From Candidatus Krumholzibacteriota bacterium (GTDB taxonomy: Bacteria; Krumholzibacteriota; Krumholzibacteriia; JAJRXK01), in contig CAVXTH010000005.1 of assembly GCA_963764625.1 (NCBI GenBank), forward strand, positions 32,001 through 96,000: 64,000 bases of DNA, in the 5' to 3' direction. Positions 45,895 through 55,434 of the stretch are shown one piece after another (the stretch's first letter is position 1; each line of letters opens with the position of its first letter). Made by a program: the position numbers and the translations under genes. The notes under the pieces were generated by a model. That model was not told the origin of the DNA. It saw only the letters and a list, made by a program, of their open reading frames with translations, and made no database searches.

Positions 45895-47172
45895 TCAACG
45901 AGTTTTGAGCTTGATGCGCAAGGTGCTGCCCTGCCCGGGCTCGGTCCAGGCCACGTCGATACTTCCCCCATGGTATTCGTCCACGATTCGCTTCACGAGC
46001 ACCAGTCCCAGACCCCAACCCCCCTCGCGGGTGGAAAAACCGGGTGAAAAAATCCGCCGCTGGACCGCCGGGGTCATCCCCTTCCCGTTGTCGGTGACGG
46101 TGATCACCACGTTCAGATCGCCCGGATCGTAGCGGCAGGAGACCCGCACTAGACCCCGGTCCTTGTCGATCGCGTCGAGCGCGTTCTTGATGAGATTTTC
46201 CAGAGCCCATTCCAGTAGCTCGGGATTGATCGGGGCCAGCGGAGTCTCTTCGACCGAGCTGATGAGTTCGACGTGGCTCTTGAGGTGGGGCAGGCGACGG
46301 TGGAAATAGGCGCAGGCGTTTTCCACCAGATGATCCACTCGCGCCGACACGAGCTTGGGACGGCTTCCGATCTGGGAGAAACGATCGGACACCTTGGCGA
46401 GTCGCTGGTGGTCGCGCTCGAGTTCTCCCAAGACCTGCCGCCGGTCTATGCTCGAAGAAGAACCGTCCGTGGCCAGCGCTCCTTCTTCGTCCTTTTCGCC
46501 TAGAAGTGCGAGCCACCCGCTCATGCTGGTGAGCGGGGTTCCCATCTGGTGAGCCGTTTCCTTGGCCATGCCCACCCAGATACTGCGCTCCTCGCTGCGT
46601 TTGAGATTGCGGAACGCAACCAGAGCGACTCCCATGAAGGCCACGATAAGGGCCGCTTCGAGCAGCGGCATCACGGTGAGCCGACGCGAGAGTTCGTTCT
46701 CGCCGTAGTGCAAGTAGAAGAGGGTACCCCCCTTGGGATCGGCGACGCTCAGGGGCTGCCCGTGACGATCGAATTCCTCCACCTTGGAAAGGAGTCGCAC
46801 GAGGGCCGGATCGCGCGGATTTCTGGGGTCCTCGTTCTGGAACTCGTCGGGGTTCTCCGGAAGGGGGATGCCCACCTGACTCGCGTTCCAGAACACCGGC
46901 AGACCCGCCGCATCGGTGAGAATGACCGGAACCGAGAGCTCGTCCATGGCCTCCCGGAGCTCGCGCAACTGGTTGGGATTTTCTGAAAGCAGCCGCTCGG
47001 CGGCGAGGTCCGCGAGAAGCCGAGTGGTCAACCCCGCCTGGCGTTCCACCGCCTGGTTGAGGCGCAGGGAGAAAACCACGATTGCCAGTACGATGACCGC
47101 GAGTCCCAGGAGCAGGTAGCTCTTGAGGAGCGCCCGGACCGTGGGACCTCGCAAGACGGCGGATGGCATCAC
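45895..47172 (-). CDS. Membrane sensor histidine kinase
   Basis: Two TM helices, H-box AKETAHQMGTPL, ENLIKNA, DNGKG, GFST, GWGLGL. Confidence 0.93.
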   Translation of the reverse strand: MMPSAVLRGPTVRALLKSYLLLGLAVIVLAIVVFSLRLNQAVERQAGLTTRLLADLAAERLLSENPNQLRELREAMDELSVPVILTDAAGLPVFWNASQVGIPLPENPDEFQNEDPRNPRDPALVRLLSKVEEFDRHGQPLSVADPKGGTLFYLHYGENELSRRLTVMPLLEAALIVAFMGVALVAFRNLKRSEERSIWVGMAKETAHQMGTPLTSMSGWLALLGEKDEEGALATDGSSSSIDRRQVLGELERDHQRLAKVSDRFSQIGSRPKLVSARVDHLVENACAYFHRRLPHLKSHVELISSVEETPLAPINPELLEWALENLIKNALDAIDKDRGLVRVSCRYDPGDLNVVITVTDNGKGMTPAVQRRIFSPGFSTREGGWGLGLVLVKRIVDEYHGGSIDVAWTEPGQGSTLRIKLKTR

Positions 47173-47185
47173 TCATCAGCCCCGA

Positions 47186-48448
47186 TCAACCGATGTATTC
47201 CACGCCCCCCATGTAGGGTCGCAGAACCTCAGGGACACGGATCTTTCCCGTGCCGGTGAGATGGTTCTCCATGAGCGCGACGAGAACGCGGGGAAGCGCC
47301 AGCCCGCTTCCATTGAGCGTGTGCACGAAGATGGGCTTTTCGCCCTTGGCCCGCCGCCAGCGAATTTGGGCCCGCCGGGCCTGGAAATCGCGGAAATTGC
47401 TGCACGAACTCACCTCGAGCCAGGCGTCGACTCCCGGCGAGTAGACCTCGAGATCGAAACACTTGGCGGCCGCGAAGGAGAGATCTCCGGTGGCGAGTTT
47501 GACCACTCGATACGGCAGATCGAGTCCCTCGAGGAGATCGGTGGCGTTCGTCACCAACTCCTCCAACTCGGACTCACTGTCCTCGGGTCGACAGAAGCGA
47601 ACCATTTCCACTTTGTGAAATTGATGAACTCGCAGCATGCCGCGGGTGTCCTTGCCGGCGCTGCCCGCTTCGCGGCGGAAACAGGGGCTGAACGAGACAT
47701 AGCGGCGCGGGAGCTCGCTGGGGCCCAGGATGCTCTCCCGGTGGATGTTCGTAACGGAAACTTCGGCGGTGGGAATGAGCCACAGACCGTCGCCGGTGGT
47801 CTGGTACATGTCATCCGCCAGCTTGGGGAGCTGTCCGGTGCCTAACACCGCGTGGTCGCGTACCAGGTAGGGGGCATTGATCTCCTGGTAGCCCTGCTCT
47901 CGGTGCACGTCGAGAAACCAATTGATGAGTGCGCGCTCGAGCCGGGCCCCCTCTCCCTTGAGGAGAATGAACCCGCTGCCGCTCATGCGCGCCGCGGCTT
48001 CCAGGTCGAGAATTCCCAGGCGTTCCCCGATCTCCCAATGAGCTTGGGCGTGCTCCAACTTCTTCGGCTCTCCCCAGCTGCGAACCACCTCGTTCGCCTC
48101 TTCCCCACCGCGCGGGACGTCGTGGTCGGGAAGGTTGGGAATGCGCAGCTCGAGGTGCTGGAGTTCTTCGTCGAGCTCGACGAGCCGCGCTTCGCCGTCC
48201 TTGATCTCGTCCGAGACCTTCTTCATGGCGGCGATTGCCTCGGCGGCGTCCTGTCCGCTCTTCTTGGCCTCGCCAATTTTCTGGGAGGCTTGATTTCGCT
48301 CGGCCCGCAGGGCCTCCACCTCCACCAGGAGTTCGCGCCGTTTGTGGTCGGCGGAGAGAAAATCGTCCAACTTGGCCGCCTCGTTCTTGTCGAGGATCCC
48401 CTGACGAACCTGGGCTTCGTGTTCCCGGATGAAGCGACGATCGAGCAC
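47186..48448 (-). CDS. serS: Seryl-tRNA synthetase
   Basis: PTAEV, CFRREAGS.GKDTRG..RVHQF.KVE, EVSSCSN, HTLNGSGLA. Confidence 0.97.
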   Translation of the reverse strand: MLDRRFIREHEAQVRQGILDKNEAAKLDDFLSADHKRRELLVEVEALRAERNQASQKIGEAKKSGQDAAEAIAAMKKVSDEIKDGEARLVELDEELQHLELRIPNLPDHDVPRGGEEANEVVRSWGEPKKLEHAQAHWEIGERLGILDLEAAARMSGSGFILLKGEGARLERALINWFLDVHREQGYQEINAPYLVRDHAVLGTGQLPKLADDMYQTTGDGLWLIPTAEVSVTNIHRESILGPSELPRRYVSFSPCFRREAGSAGKDTRGMLRVHQFHKVEMVRFCRPEDSESELEELVTNATDLLEGLDLPYRVVKLATGDLSFAAAKCFDLEVYSPGVDAWLEVSSCSNFRDFQARRAQIRWRRAKGEKPIFVHTLNGSGLALPRVLVALMENHLTGTGKIRVPEVLRPYMGGVEYIG

Positions 48449-48578
48449 GATGATTCTCCCCGATGGCTTGCGTTGCGGCGGGAGCTGGGGTATGAAGACC
48501 CCTGGCATCCACTCCGCGCACCAAGCTAGCCGAGGGCGGTCCGCCCAAGCAAGAAATCATCGAAAGGAAGGGCCCCGC

Positions 48579-49334
48579 ATGCGGATCGACCCCAGCGCGT
48601 ATCGGGAAAGCGACCCCTGCGACCGGCTCATCCTGGCCCTGGACAGCTCCAGGCGCGAGGACGCCCTGCGCTTGATCGAGACGCTACGACCACGGCCTCG
48701 CTGGGTGAAGGTCGGGCTGCAACTCTTCACCGGGGCCGGTCCCACCGTGGTCGAGGAATTGGTGGAGCAAGGGCTGCGGGTGTTCCTGGACCTGAAATTC
48801 CACGACATTCCCAACACGATGGCCGGTGCAGTAGCGAGTGCTCGCGCTCTGGGGGCACGCTTTTGCACCGTGCATGCGTCGGCCGGCGCCGGGGTGCGCA
48901 GCGCGGTGGAGGCGGCGGGCGAAACGAGAGGGGCGACGAAAGAGAACGCGCTTCCTCCGGCGATTCTGGCGGTGACGGTGCTGACGAGTTTCGCCGCGGA
49001 CGAGCTCCCCTTCCTGCTCGATTCCCGTCAGAGTGGACGCGACCTGGTCCTTCGCCTGGCTTCGCAAGCCCTGCAGGCCGGGGCGTGCGGACTGGTGGCA
49101 TCCGCCGAGGAGATTCTCGCGTTGCGCGAAGCGGTGGGCGACGAGCCCCTGCTGGTGATTCCCGGCATCCGTCCGCGTGGAGCCGCGCGGGGGGATCAGA
49201 GTCGCGTGGCGACCCCAGGCGAAGCGCTGCGACGCGGCGCCGATTTTCTGGTCATCGGCCGTCCCATCACCCAGGCCGAGGATCCATCCCGCGCAATGGC
49301 CGAGATTCTGGACGAGATGTCGGGTGCGTTGTAG
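48579..49334 (+). CDS. pyrF: Orotidine-5'-phosphate decarboxylase
   Basis: LALD, KVG, DLKFHDIPNT, PGIR, IGRPI. Confidence 0.96.
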   Translation: MRIDPSAYRESDPCDRLILALDSSRREDALRLIETLRPRPRWVKVGLQLFTGAGPTVVEELVEQGLRVFLDLKFHDIPNTMAGAVASARALGARFCTVHASAGAGVRSAVEAAGETRGATKENALPPAILAVTVLTSFAADELPFLLDSRQSGRDLVLRLASQALQAGACGLVASAEEILALREAVGDEPLLVIPGIRPRGAARGDQSRVATPGEALRRGADFLVIGRPITQAEDPSRAMAEILDEMSGAL

Positions 49335-49397
49335 GCTGCTGATGGTAGCTTGGGCGCGTTGCCTGAATTCCGAAACCGGGCTCGAGGAGGTCGCGGC

Positions 49398-50006
49398 GTG
49401 AACACGGATGCTTCTGCTTTCGATCGACATTTGAAGCCCGATGAAGTGCGCGAGCGCTTGAGCGAATTGGGCGCGATCCTAGAGGGGCACTTCAAACTGA
49501 GCAGCGGACTGCACAGCAATCGCTATTTCCAGTGCTCCAAGGTCTTGCAATACCCGGACTTGGCTAAAGAGCTGGGACGACTCCTGGCGGAGCGGTGCAA
49601 CGAATTGGAGATCGATCTGGTGCTCTCTCCGGCGGTGGGGGGAATCCTCATCGGTCACGAGGTGGCGCGTGCCCTCGGCCGACGACATCTCTTCTGCGAG
49701 CGCAAGGAGAAGCAGTTGCAACTGCGGCGTGATTTCACGCTGCGCAAGGGAGAAGCCGCCCTGCTCGTGGATGACGTTCTCACCCGTGGCACCGCGCTCG
49801 CCGAAATGCGAACTGTGGTGGAGAGGCACGAGGGAACGGTGAAGTCGATCGCGGTCATCGTGGACCGGCGCGAGGAGATGGTCGCGCTCGATCTTCCGGT
49901 GCATTCGCTTCTGCGCGAAGAAGTCCGAACCTACGATCCGGCACAGTGCCCTCTCTGCAAGAAGGGCGTACCGCTGGAGTCCCCAGGTTCCCGCCACGAT
50001 GCCTGA
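49398..50006 (+). CDS. pyrE: Orotate phosphoribosyltransferase
   Basis: GHFKLSSGLHS..Y.QC, VDDVLTRG; GGAGG RBS. Confidence 0.94.
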   Translation: MNTDASAFDRHLKPDEVRERLSELGAILEGHFKLSSGLHSNRYFQCSKVLQYPDLAKELGRLLAERCNELEIDLVLSPAVGGILIGHEVARALGRRHLFCERKEKQLQLRRDFTLRKGEAALLVDDVLTRGTALAEMRTVVERHEGTVKSIAVIVDRREEMVALDLPVHSLLREEVRTYDPAQCPLCKKGVPLESPGSRHDA

Positions 50007-52068
50007 TCGTTCCACTCGTCTCTCGCAGCTATTTTGGGCTCTGGCGATCGTCCTCTTGATTGCCTCGAGCCTCTACGCCTTGAGAGTTCCACGAGCCCCC
50101 AATTCCGACCGCTACGACTACGCGGGACGAGCTTACCAGTTCACCCAGGGCCACGATCTCTCCTCCCTGATCGTCTATCCCCTGCGGATGAGCTTTCCCG
50201 ACCACGAGGTGTGGCCGCCCTCGAACCTCACGCGTCCTCCACTGTGGCCGATTCTTCTGATCCCCGAAGTGCGTTTCGGGCTCGGCGCGGGGAGCGGAGT
50301 CGTGATTTCCGCCGTTCTGACCGCGCTTCTTCTGGTTTTCTTCGGCACGAGCCTGAGCAAGGAGGGAAGGCTGGCCGGCAGCTTCGCCGCCCTCGCGTTC
50401 ATGTCCTCCTTCACCACCTGGAGAATCGTGGCCGAGGCGGGGCCGGAGATGGCGATGGCGCTGATCCTCCTCATCCTGTGGAACTTCCGCCCCAAAGGGC
50501 GGGGCATCATGGCGCATCTGGCGTGCGGATGCCTCTACGGTCTACTTCCCCTTCTCCACCCCACCGGCTGGCTGTTGGCCGCGGCAGCCTTCTTCGCGCG
50601 TCCGGGGCGCTACGAGCGGGCCGGTCTCGTGGTGCTTCTCGGCGGCGCGCTCACCGCCGGGCCCTGGTATCTCCACATCTGGCTGAAGACCGGCAATCCC
50701 CTCGGGCTCTTGCAGTCCTACGCCGAACTGTCGCGCAACCTAAATGACCCGGGTGGGCTGGGTGCGTATCGCGGACTGGTGCCGGTGCCCACCTCAGAGG
50801 TCCTGGCCCAGCGGGGCGCGGAGGTGGCGCGGCTGGGTCTGCACCGTTTGAAGCTGCATCTGCTGCTGTGGAACCACTGGCTGAATTGGCCGCTCACCGC
50901 CGTGGCCTTGTGGGGCGCGAAGCAGAGAGTGGGTCTGGCCCTGCGCGACGTCTTCTTGGGCATCACGGTCTTTGCCATTTTGTCGCCGTGGAGCGGCGAA
51001 TTCAGGCCCCTCTTGCCGCTCCTTCCCGTCGCCTGTCTCTGGGTGGGCGAAGGGATGGCCGCGCTGGCGAAGACCTTCGCACCGGCCGTGATCCTGTGTT
51101 TCGCCCTGGCGGCGGTCTTCGGTCCCTGGCTTCTGCCGCCCGGCGCGAGCGCGACTCTCTTCACCGACGCGCGCACCTGGCCGCTGGCGGTGCGCCGCCC
51201 TCCGGACACGATCGTGCAGCAGCTGCAAGGCGCCGGCGATGCGAACGCGCCGTTTTTCTGCGACAGCTCGGTTCTCTCCTGGGAAGCCCGCCGCAGCTGC
51301 GTCTTCTTGCCCGAGAGTCCACGCGTCTTGCGCCAACTGCAACAGCAGGCGCCGCTGCGCCACTCGACGATCCTCGCGCTGGGGCAGGGACGAGCCTCGC
51401 GCTGGCTGACGGGAGACGGCTGGAGCGCCTTTTTGGACAGCTGTACCGTGGTCGCGTCGCAACCCGAGGGAGCGCTGATCCTGGAGATCCCGCCGCCGCG
51501 AGCCGCGATGAGCCGGGCGGAGCCAAGCGATTCGACCCAGGTGAGAAACGTCGAGGCGAATCGAACCAGCGTCGACCAGAGCCACCCATTGCCGGCGGAG
51601 TTCGTTCCGCCTCACCTCACGGAAATCCCGGTTCCCCCCGCCTCCCGCTTTGGACTCCGCTTGCGCCGCAGCGCCCTGAAAGCTCTGCTCCGTCTGACCG
51701 CGGCCGCGCAAGAGGACACGGTGGAGCTACGCGTGGTGAGCGCGTACCGCTCCTACGAGCGCCAGAGAGTGCTGTACGAACGAGCCCAGGCGCACTACGG
51801 GGAAAACCAGCGCTGGGTGGCCGCTCCCGGGACCAGCGAACATCAGCTCGGCACCACGGTCGACTTCGCGGATGCGGCGTTGCGGCACGCGGTCGATCCC
51901 TCCTTCGCGGACACCAGGGAAGGAAACTGGCTGAAGTCCCACGCGGCCGCCTTCGGATTCGAGTTGAGCTATCCTCCCGAGACGGCGGAGAACAAGGGCT
52001 ATCATCCCGAGGCCTGGCATTATCGCTACCTCGGTCCGCCGGGTCCTGCGAAGGCGTCGGCGCCGTGA
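49999..52068 (+). CDS. Multi-TM GT-C (ArnT/PMT-like) protein fused to a VanY/M15B D,D-carboxypeptidase domain
   Basis: N-terminal D..DY...A and RPPLWP with many TM segments; C-terminal SAYRS, SEHQLGTTVD, EAWH. Confidence 0.7.
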   Translation: MPDRSTRLSQLFWALAIVLLIASSLYALRVPRAPNSDRYDYAGRAYQFTQGHDLSSLIVYPLRMSFPDHEVWPPSNLTRPPLWPILLIPEVRFGLGAGSGVVISAVLTALLLVFFGTSLSKEGRLAGSFAALAFMSSFTTWRIVAEAGPEMAMALILLILWNFRPKGRGIMAHLACGCLYGLLPLLHPTGWLLAAAAFFARPGRYERAGLVVLLGGALTAGPWYLHIWLKTGNPLGLLQSYAELSRNLNDPGGLGAYRGLVPVPTSEVLAQRGAEVARLGLHRLKLHLLLWNHWLNWPLTAVALWGAKQRVGLALRDVFLGITVFAILSPWSGEFRPLLPLLPVACLWVGEGMAALAKTFAPAVILCFALAAVFGPWLLPPGASATLFTDARTWPLAVRRPPDTIVQQLQGAGDANAPFFCDSSVLSWEARRSCVFLPESPRVLRQLQQQAPLRHSTILALGQGRASRWLTGDGWSAFLDSCTVVASQPEGALILEIPPPRAAMSRAEPSDSTQVRNVEANRTSVDQSHPLPAEFVPPHLTEIPVPPASRFGLRLRRSALKALLRLTAAAQEDTVELRVVSAYRSYERQRVLYERAQAHYGENQRWVAAPGTSEHQLGTTVDFADAALRHAVDPSFADTREGNWLKSHAAAFGFELSYPPETAENKGYHPEAWHYRYLGPPGPAKASAP

Positions 52069-52904
52069 AGCGGGTGATCTTGGTGTTCGCGTCCGGGCTG
52101 AGCCGGCGTTTCCTGACCAGCGAGGCGATGCCCTGGCTCAGCGCGGCCCAGGACCCGCGCCACGTGAGCGAGCTGGCGCCGACCTTTCCCTCCCTGCCCG
52201 AAGTCGTGAGCTACTGCGCTCTGAGCGGTCAGCTTCCCGCGGTGCACGGATGCGTTCTCACCCGCGACCTGACGCGCGCGCCGCACGAGAAGTTCGAGCC
52301 GCAGCTCCGCGTGGTCGCCGAAGGACAGCTCCTGGAGCAGGCCCGCGCCCACGGCCTTTCTTCGGACCAGCGAAGAGAAGCGGCCGCGGCGTTGGATGAG
52401 CAACTGCGCGAACTCTTCGAAGCCAGAGAGGAGAACGACCTGCTTCTGGTCGCGGGACTCTGCGACGCGCAGCCCGTCGACGAGCGCATCGCCTGGGAGT
52501 CCCTTCCGCGCGACGCGGACTGCCGCTTCGCGGCGGAGAGCGCGATTCTGCAGGTGCGCGTTTCCAAGTCCTCGAGCCTCTCCCGTGTGGGCGAAGCTCT
52601 CCTGCGCACCCGCGGCGTCGAACGGGTGCTCCACGGAGATGCCCTCACCGCATTCGGGGTCGATGAGGAAGCGGGCACGCAGCTGCTGGCGCTCGCTCGC
52701 GAGGGATTCAGCTTCGAGGAAGAACGCGCGGCGGTGGGAAATCCCCGGGGTACGGCGGAAGAAGAGAGCGTGCTGGTGGCGCTGGGCTCGAGTGCTCGCA
52801 CGAGCTGGCCGGCCACGCTCCACGCTCTCCGGCTCGCCCCCAGTTTGGCCCGGTACTGGGGACGACCGGAGTCTGGCTACGCCGACCGACCCTTCGCCCT
52901 CTGA
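52065..52904 (+). CDS. Degenerate alkaline phosphatase/nucleotide pyrophosphatase-fold protein
   Basis: GTGA overlap; VILV..SGL, PTFPS, SGQLPAVHG, LAPSLA; canonical metal ligands apparently missing. Confidence 0.55.
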   Translation: MKRVILVFASGLSRRFLTSEAMPWLSAAQDPRHVSELAPTFPSLPEVVSYCALSGQLPAVHGCVLTRDLTRAPHEKFEPQLRVVAEGQLLEQARAHGLSSDQRREAAAALDEQLRELFEAREENDLLLVAGLCDAQPVDERIAWESLPRDADCRFAAESAILQVRVSKSSSLSRVGEALLRTRGVERVLHGDALTAFGVDEEAGTQLLALAREGFSFEEERAAVGNPRGTAEEESVLVALGSSARTSWPATLHALRLAPSLARYWGRPESGYADRPFAL

Positions 52905-52953
52905 GCCGCCCGGGGACGCGTTCTCTGGGGACAGTCATGTGGTTTTTTTTCGC

Positions 52954-52986
52954 CTGCCAGAACCCTGTCAATCTGGCAGTTTCATT
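52954..52986 (+). terminator. Possible terminator of the pyrF operon
   Basis: CTGCCAGA-N10-TCTGGCAG followed by TTTCATT. Confidence 0.45.
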
Positions 52987-53133
52987 CAAGATCTTGGTAG
53001 TAAAGAACTTGCCGATGATCGCCGTCCGGAGGGCGAGGAGGAGCCCTGAGGGCCGTCATGGAGAGTTCGAACTCTTGGTGAGGAAAAGCCCCGAATTCTT
53101 CTAGCCACCGTCTCACGCGTCTACTATGCTCTA

Positions 53134-53255
53134 ATTTGCGGGCTGCCTCCTATTGGCCACTCGGTTCGGCTAACCACGTTTAAAATCCGGGACAGCCTTC
53201 GAGGCGGCTCGCAGTACTTGAAAAGGCCCGAGACCAATGGTCCCGGGCCTTTTTC
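53134..53255 (+). ncRNA. Candidate ~120-nt structured sRNA
   Basis: TACTAT -10 at 53122-53127; 13-bp stem 53137-53149/53201-53213 with two G.U pairs; inner hairpin UUGGCC/GGCUAA; terminator follows. Confidence 0.45.
53220..53255. terminator. Bidirectional intrinsic terminator
   Basis: GAAAAGGCCCGAGACC-AAT-GGTCCCGGGCCTTTTTC. Confidence 0.8.
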
Positions 53256-53275
53256 CATGTGACGCGAACGCAGAC

Positions 53276-55434
53276 TCAGCTCTGCGGTTTGGCGAAGATC
53301 GCGAGATCGATCTTCGGATTGAGCTCGATGCTCTGTGTATCCACTGTCATGAGGGGTTCGCCCCCATGCGTCACCGACACCTTTTGCGGGAAGAGAATTC
53401 CGCCGTAATCCTTCCAATCGCTGAAAGTGGATTCCTGCAGACCCATCGTTTGCGTGATCATGTGCTTCGCCATGTCCGCCTGCTTGAGGGGCATGTGCGA
53501 AGTGGGGTCGAAGTAGAGTTTGACCCACTTTTTGTCACTCAGCCACACGAGCACCACGTCGGCGTTCGCATCTCCCACTTTCTCGGCGGGTAGAGCTTGA
53601 AGCTGGAAGGAATCGAAGTGTCCCACGATGTAGTGGACGTCTTCGATGATTCCCTCGCGCTGCTTCGCTGCCTGCTCCCCCCCACGTCCTGAATTCCCTG
53701 CGGTCCCTTGGCCCAAGCTCCGTCGGCGGACACGGCCTGCACCATGTCCCCCATGGGCATGTTGATTTCCACCCGTGAGCTGCTCGGGTAGAGAGTCCAG
53801 CTCTTCAGGCCGATTCCGATGGTCATACCCTGCACGCTCAGGCTCGCCTTGTCCTCGCGGTGAATGCTCTTTAGCTTGGAGAGTTTCTCTCCGCCCAAGG
53901 CCTTCTTCGCGGCCGCGAGAATGGAGCGACCCTTCTCGATCGTCTCCGCGGTTGGCTCGGGGAACTCGGGACCTTTCGGCTCGGGGATACTGATATCCAG
54001 ATTCTCGACCGGGCCGAATTCGGTCAGATCTCCATCCCACTCCGAGGTCTTCCCCACCGCGACGATGGCGAAATCCTCCGGATGGATGCGGCGCTGGGCC
54101 ACGTCCTCCACGTTTTTCGCGGTGACGGCGCGGACCTTGTCCGGGTACTGCTCCAGGAAGTCGCTGGGGTAGCCCAGGAACTCGTAGGTCTGCAGACGCC
54201 TCAGGGTCTGGCTCTTCTGAACGAAATTGAAGACATAGGAATTGAGCATGGCCTCCTTGGCCTTACTCAGCTCGTCCGGGCTCACTTCAGAATCACGGAT
54301 CTTGTCGATCTGCTGCAGAACCGCCCCCAGGGCCTTGTCCACCGTGGAGTTCTTGGTCCCGCAGTACGCCATGAAGGCGCCCTCGTGGGCCATTCCCACG
54401 CCCGGCGCGCTCCCCACGGAATAGGCCAGCCCCAGGTTACTCCTCACCTCGTTGAACAACCGGGACGAGAAGCCTCCCCCCAGGATTCGATTCATGACGA
54501 TCATCGAGTAGTAATCGGGATCGTCCATCTTCATGCCGATCTGGCCCGCCGCGAAGTAGCTCTGGGTCACGTCGTCCTTGTTGGCGACCAGCACCTGGCG
54601 CGCCTGCGCCTTGGGCACCTTGGGCAGAGGAGGCACCGGATTGTCGACTCTCGGCCAATTCTCGAATTTACCCTTGAGCTCGTCGAGCATCTGGGCCGAG
54701 TCGAAGTCCCCCCACACCGCGAGCATCATGTTCTCGGGGTGATAGAAGTACTGGTAAAAATCCACGAGGTCGTCGCGAGTGATCGCGTCGATGGTCGCGT
54801 ACTCGGTGTTGCGCGCGTAGGGGTGCTCGGGTCCCCAAATGGCCTTGGGGATTTCCCGGCGCAGAATCGACATGAGTTCGTCGTTGCGCCGCGCGATGGA
54901 GGCCCGCTGCGAGGTCTTGGCCAGGTCAATCTTGTCGTCTTCGAATGCGGGATGCTGCAGAACGTCGCTCACCAGCTCCAGCCCGCGCTTGGCATCCTTA
55001 CGCAGGAAGGAGAAGCTCACGGTGCCCTCCGTGTCGTCGACTTCGCTCTCGATCGAGGCGCCCATGCTCTCGAGCAACTCATCGAGATCGTCTCCGCTCA
55101 TGGTCTCGGTTCCGCCGGTCCGTAGGACTTCGCCCTCGATCTCGGCCAAGCCGACTTTCGCGGCGGGTTCGTAGACCGAACCGGTCCGGATCAGGACACG
55201 GCCTTCGACCAGCGGCCACTGGTGGTCTTCCATGAGATAGATGACCATGCCGTTGGCCAGTTCGTGCCGCTGGTAGTTGGGCACCTCCACCTTTCCCAGT
55301 TCGGGAAAGTGGAAGTTCTCCCACGGCTTCTTCGCCGCCTGGGCGTCGGCGACGCAGAGCGCAAGCAGAAGGGGAAAGAGGGCGGCCACGGCAAGCGCGG
55401 CCGATAGGCTCCGGCTTACTCTAGCTCGCATCAT
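53276..55434 (-). CDS. M16 peptidase non-catalytic subunit with C-terminal LolA-like domain (frameshift at G7 run, 53677-53683)
   Basis: LANG, GSVYEP, ILGGGFSSRLFNEVR..LGLAYSV, no HxxEH; reading continues in ORF 53276..54040 after the G-run. Confidence 0.85.

Noticed and set aside
53183-53190. Possible pairing of the 53-kb sRNA (AAUCCGGG) with CCCGGAAUUU in the large RNA
   Set aside because: Only 6 contiguous bp, which is chance level.
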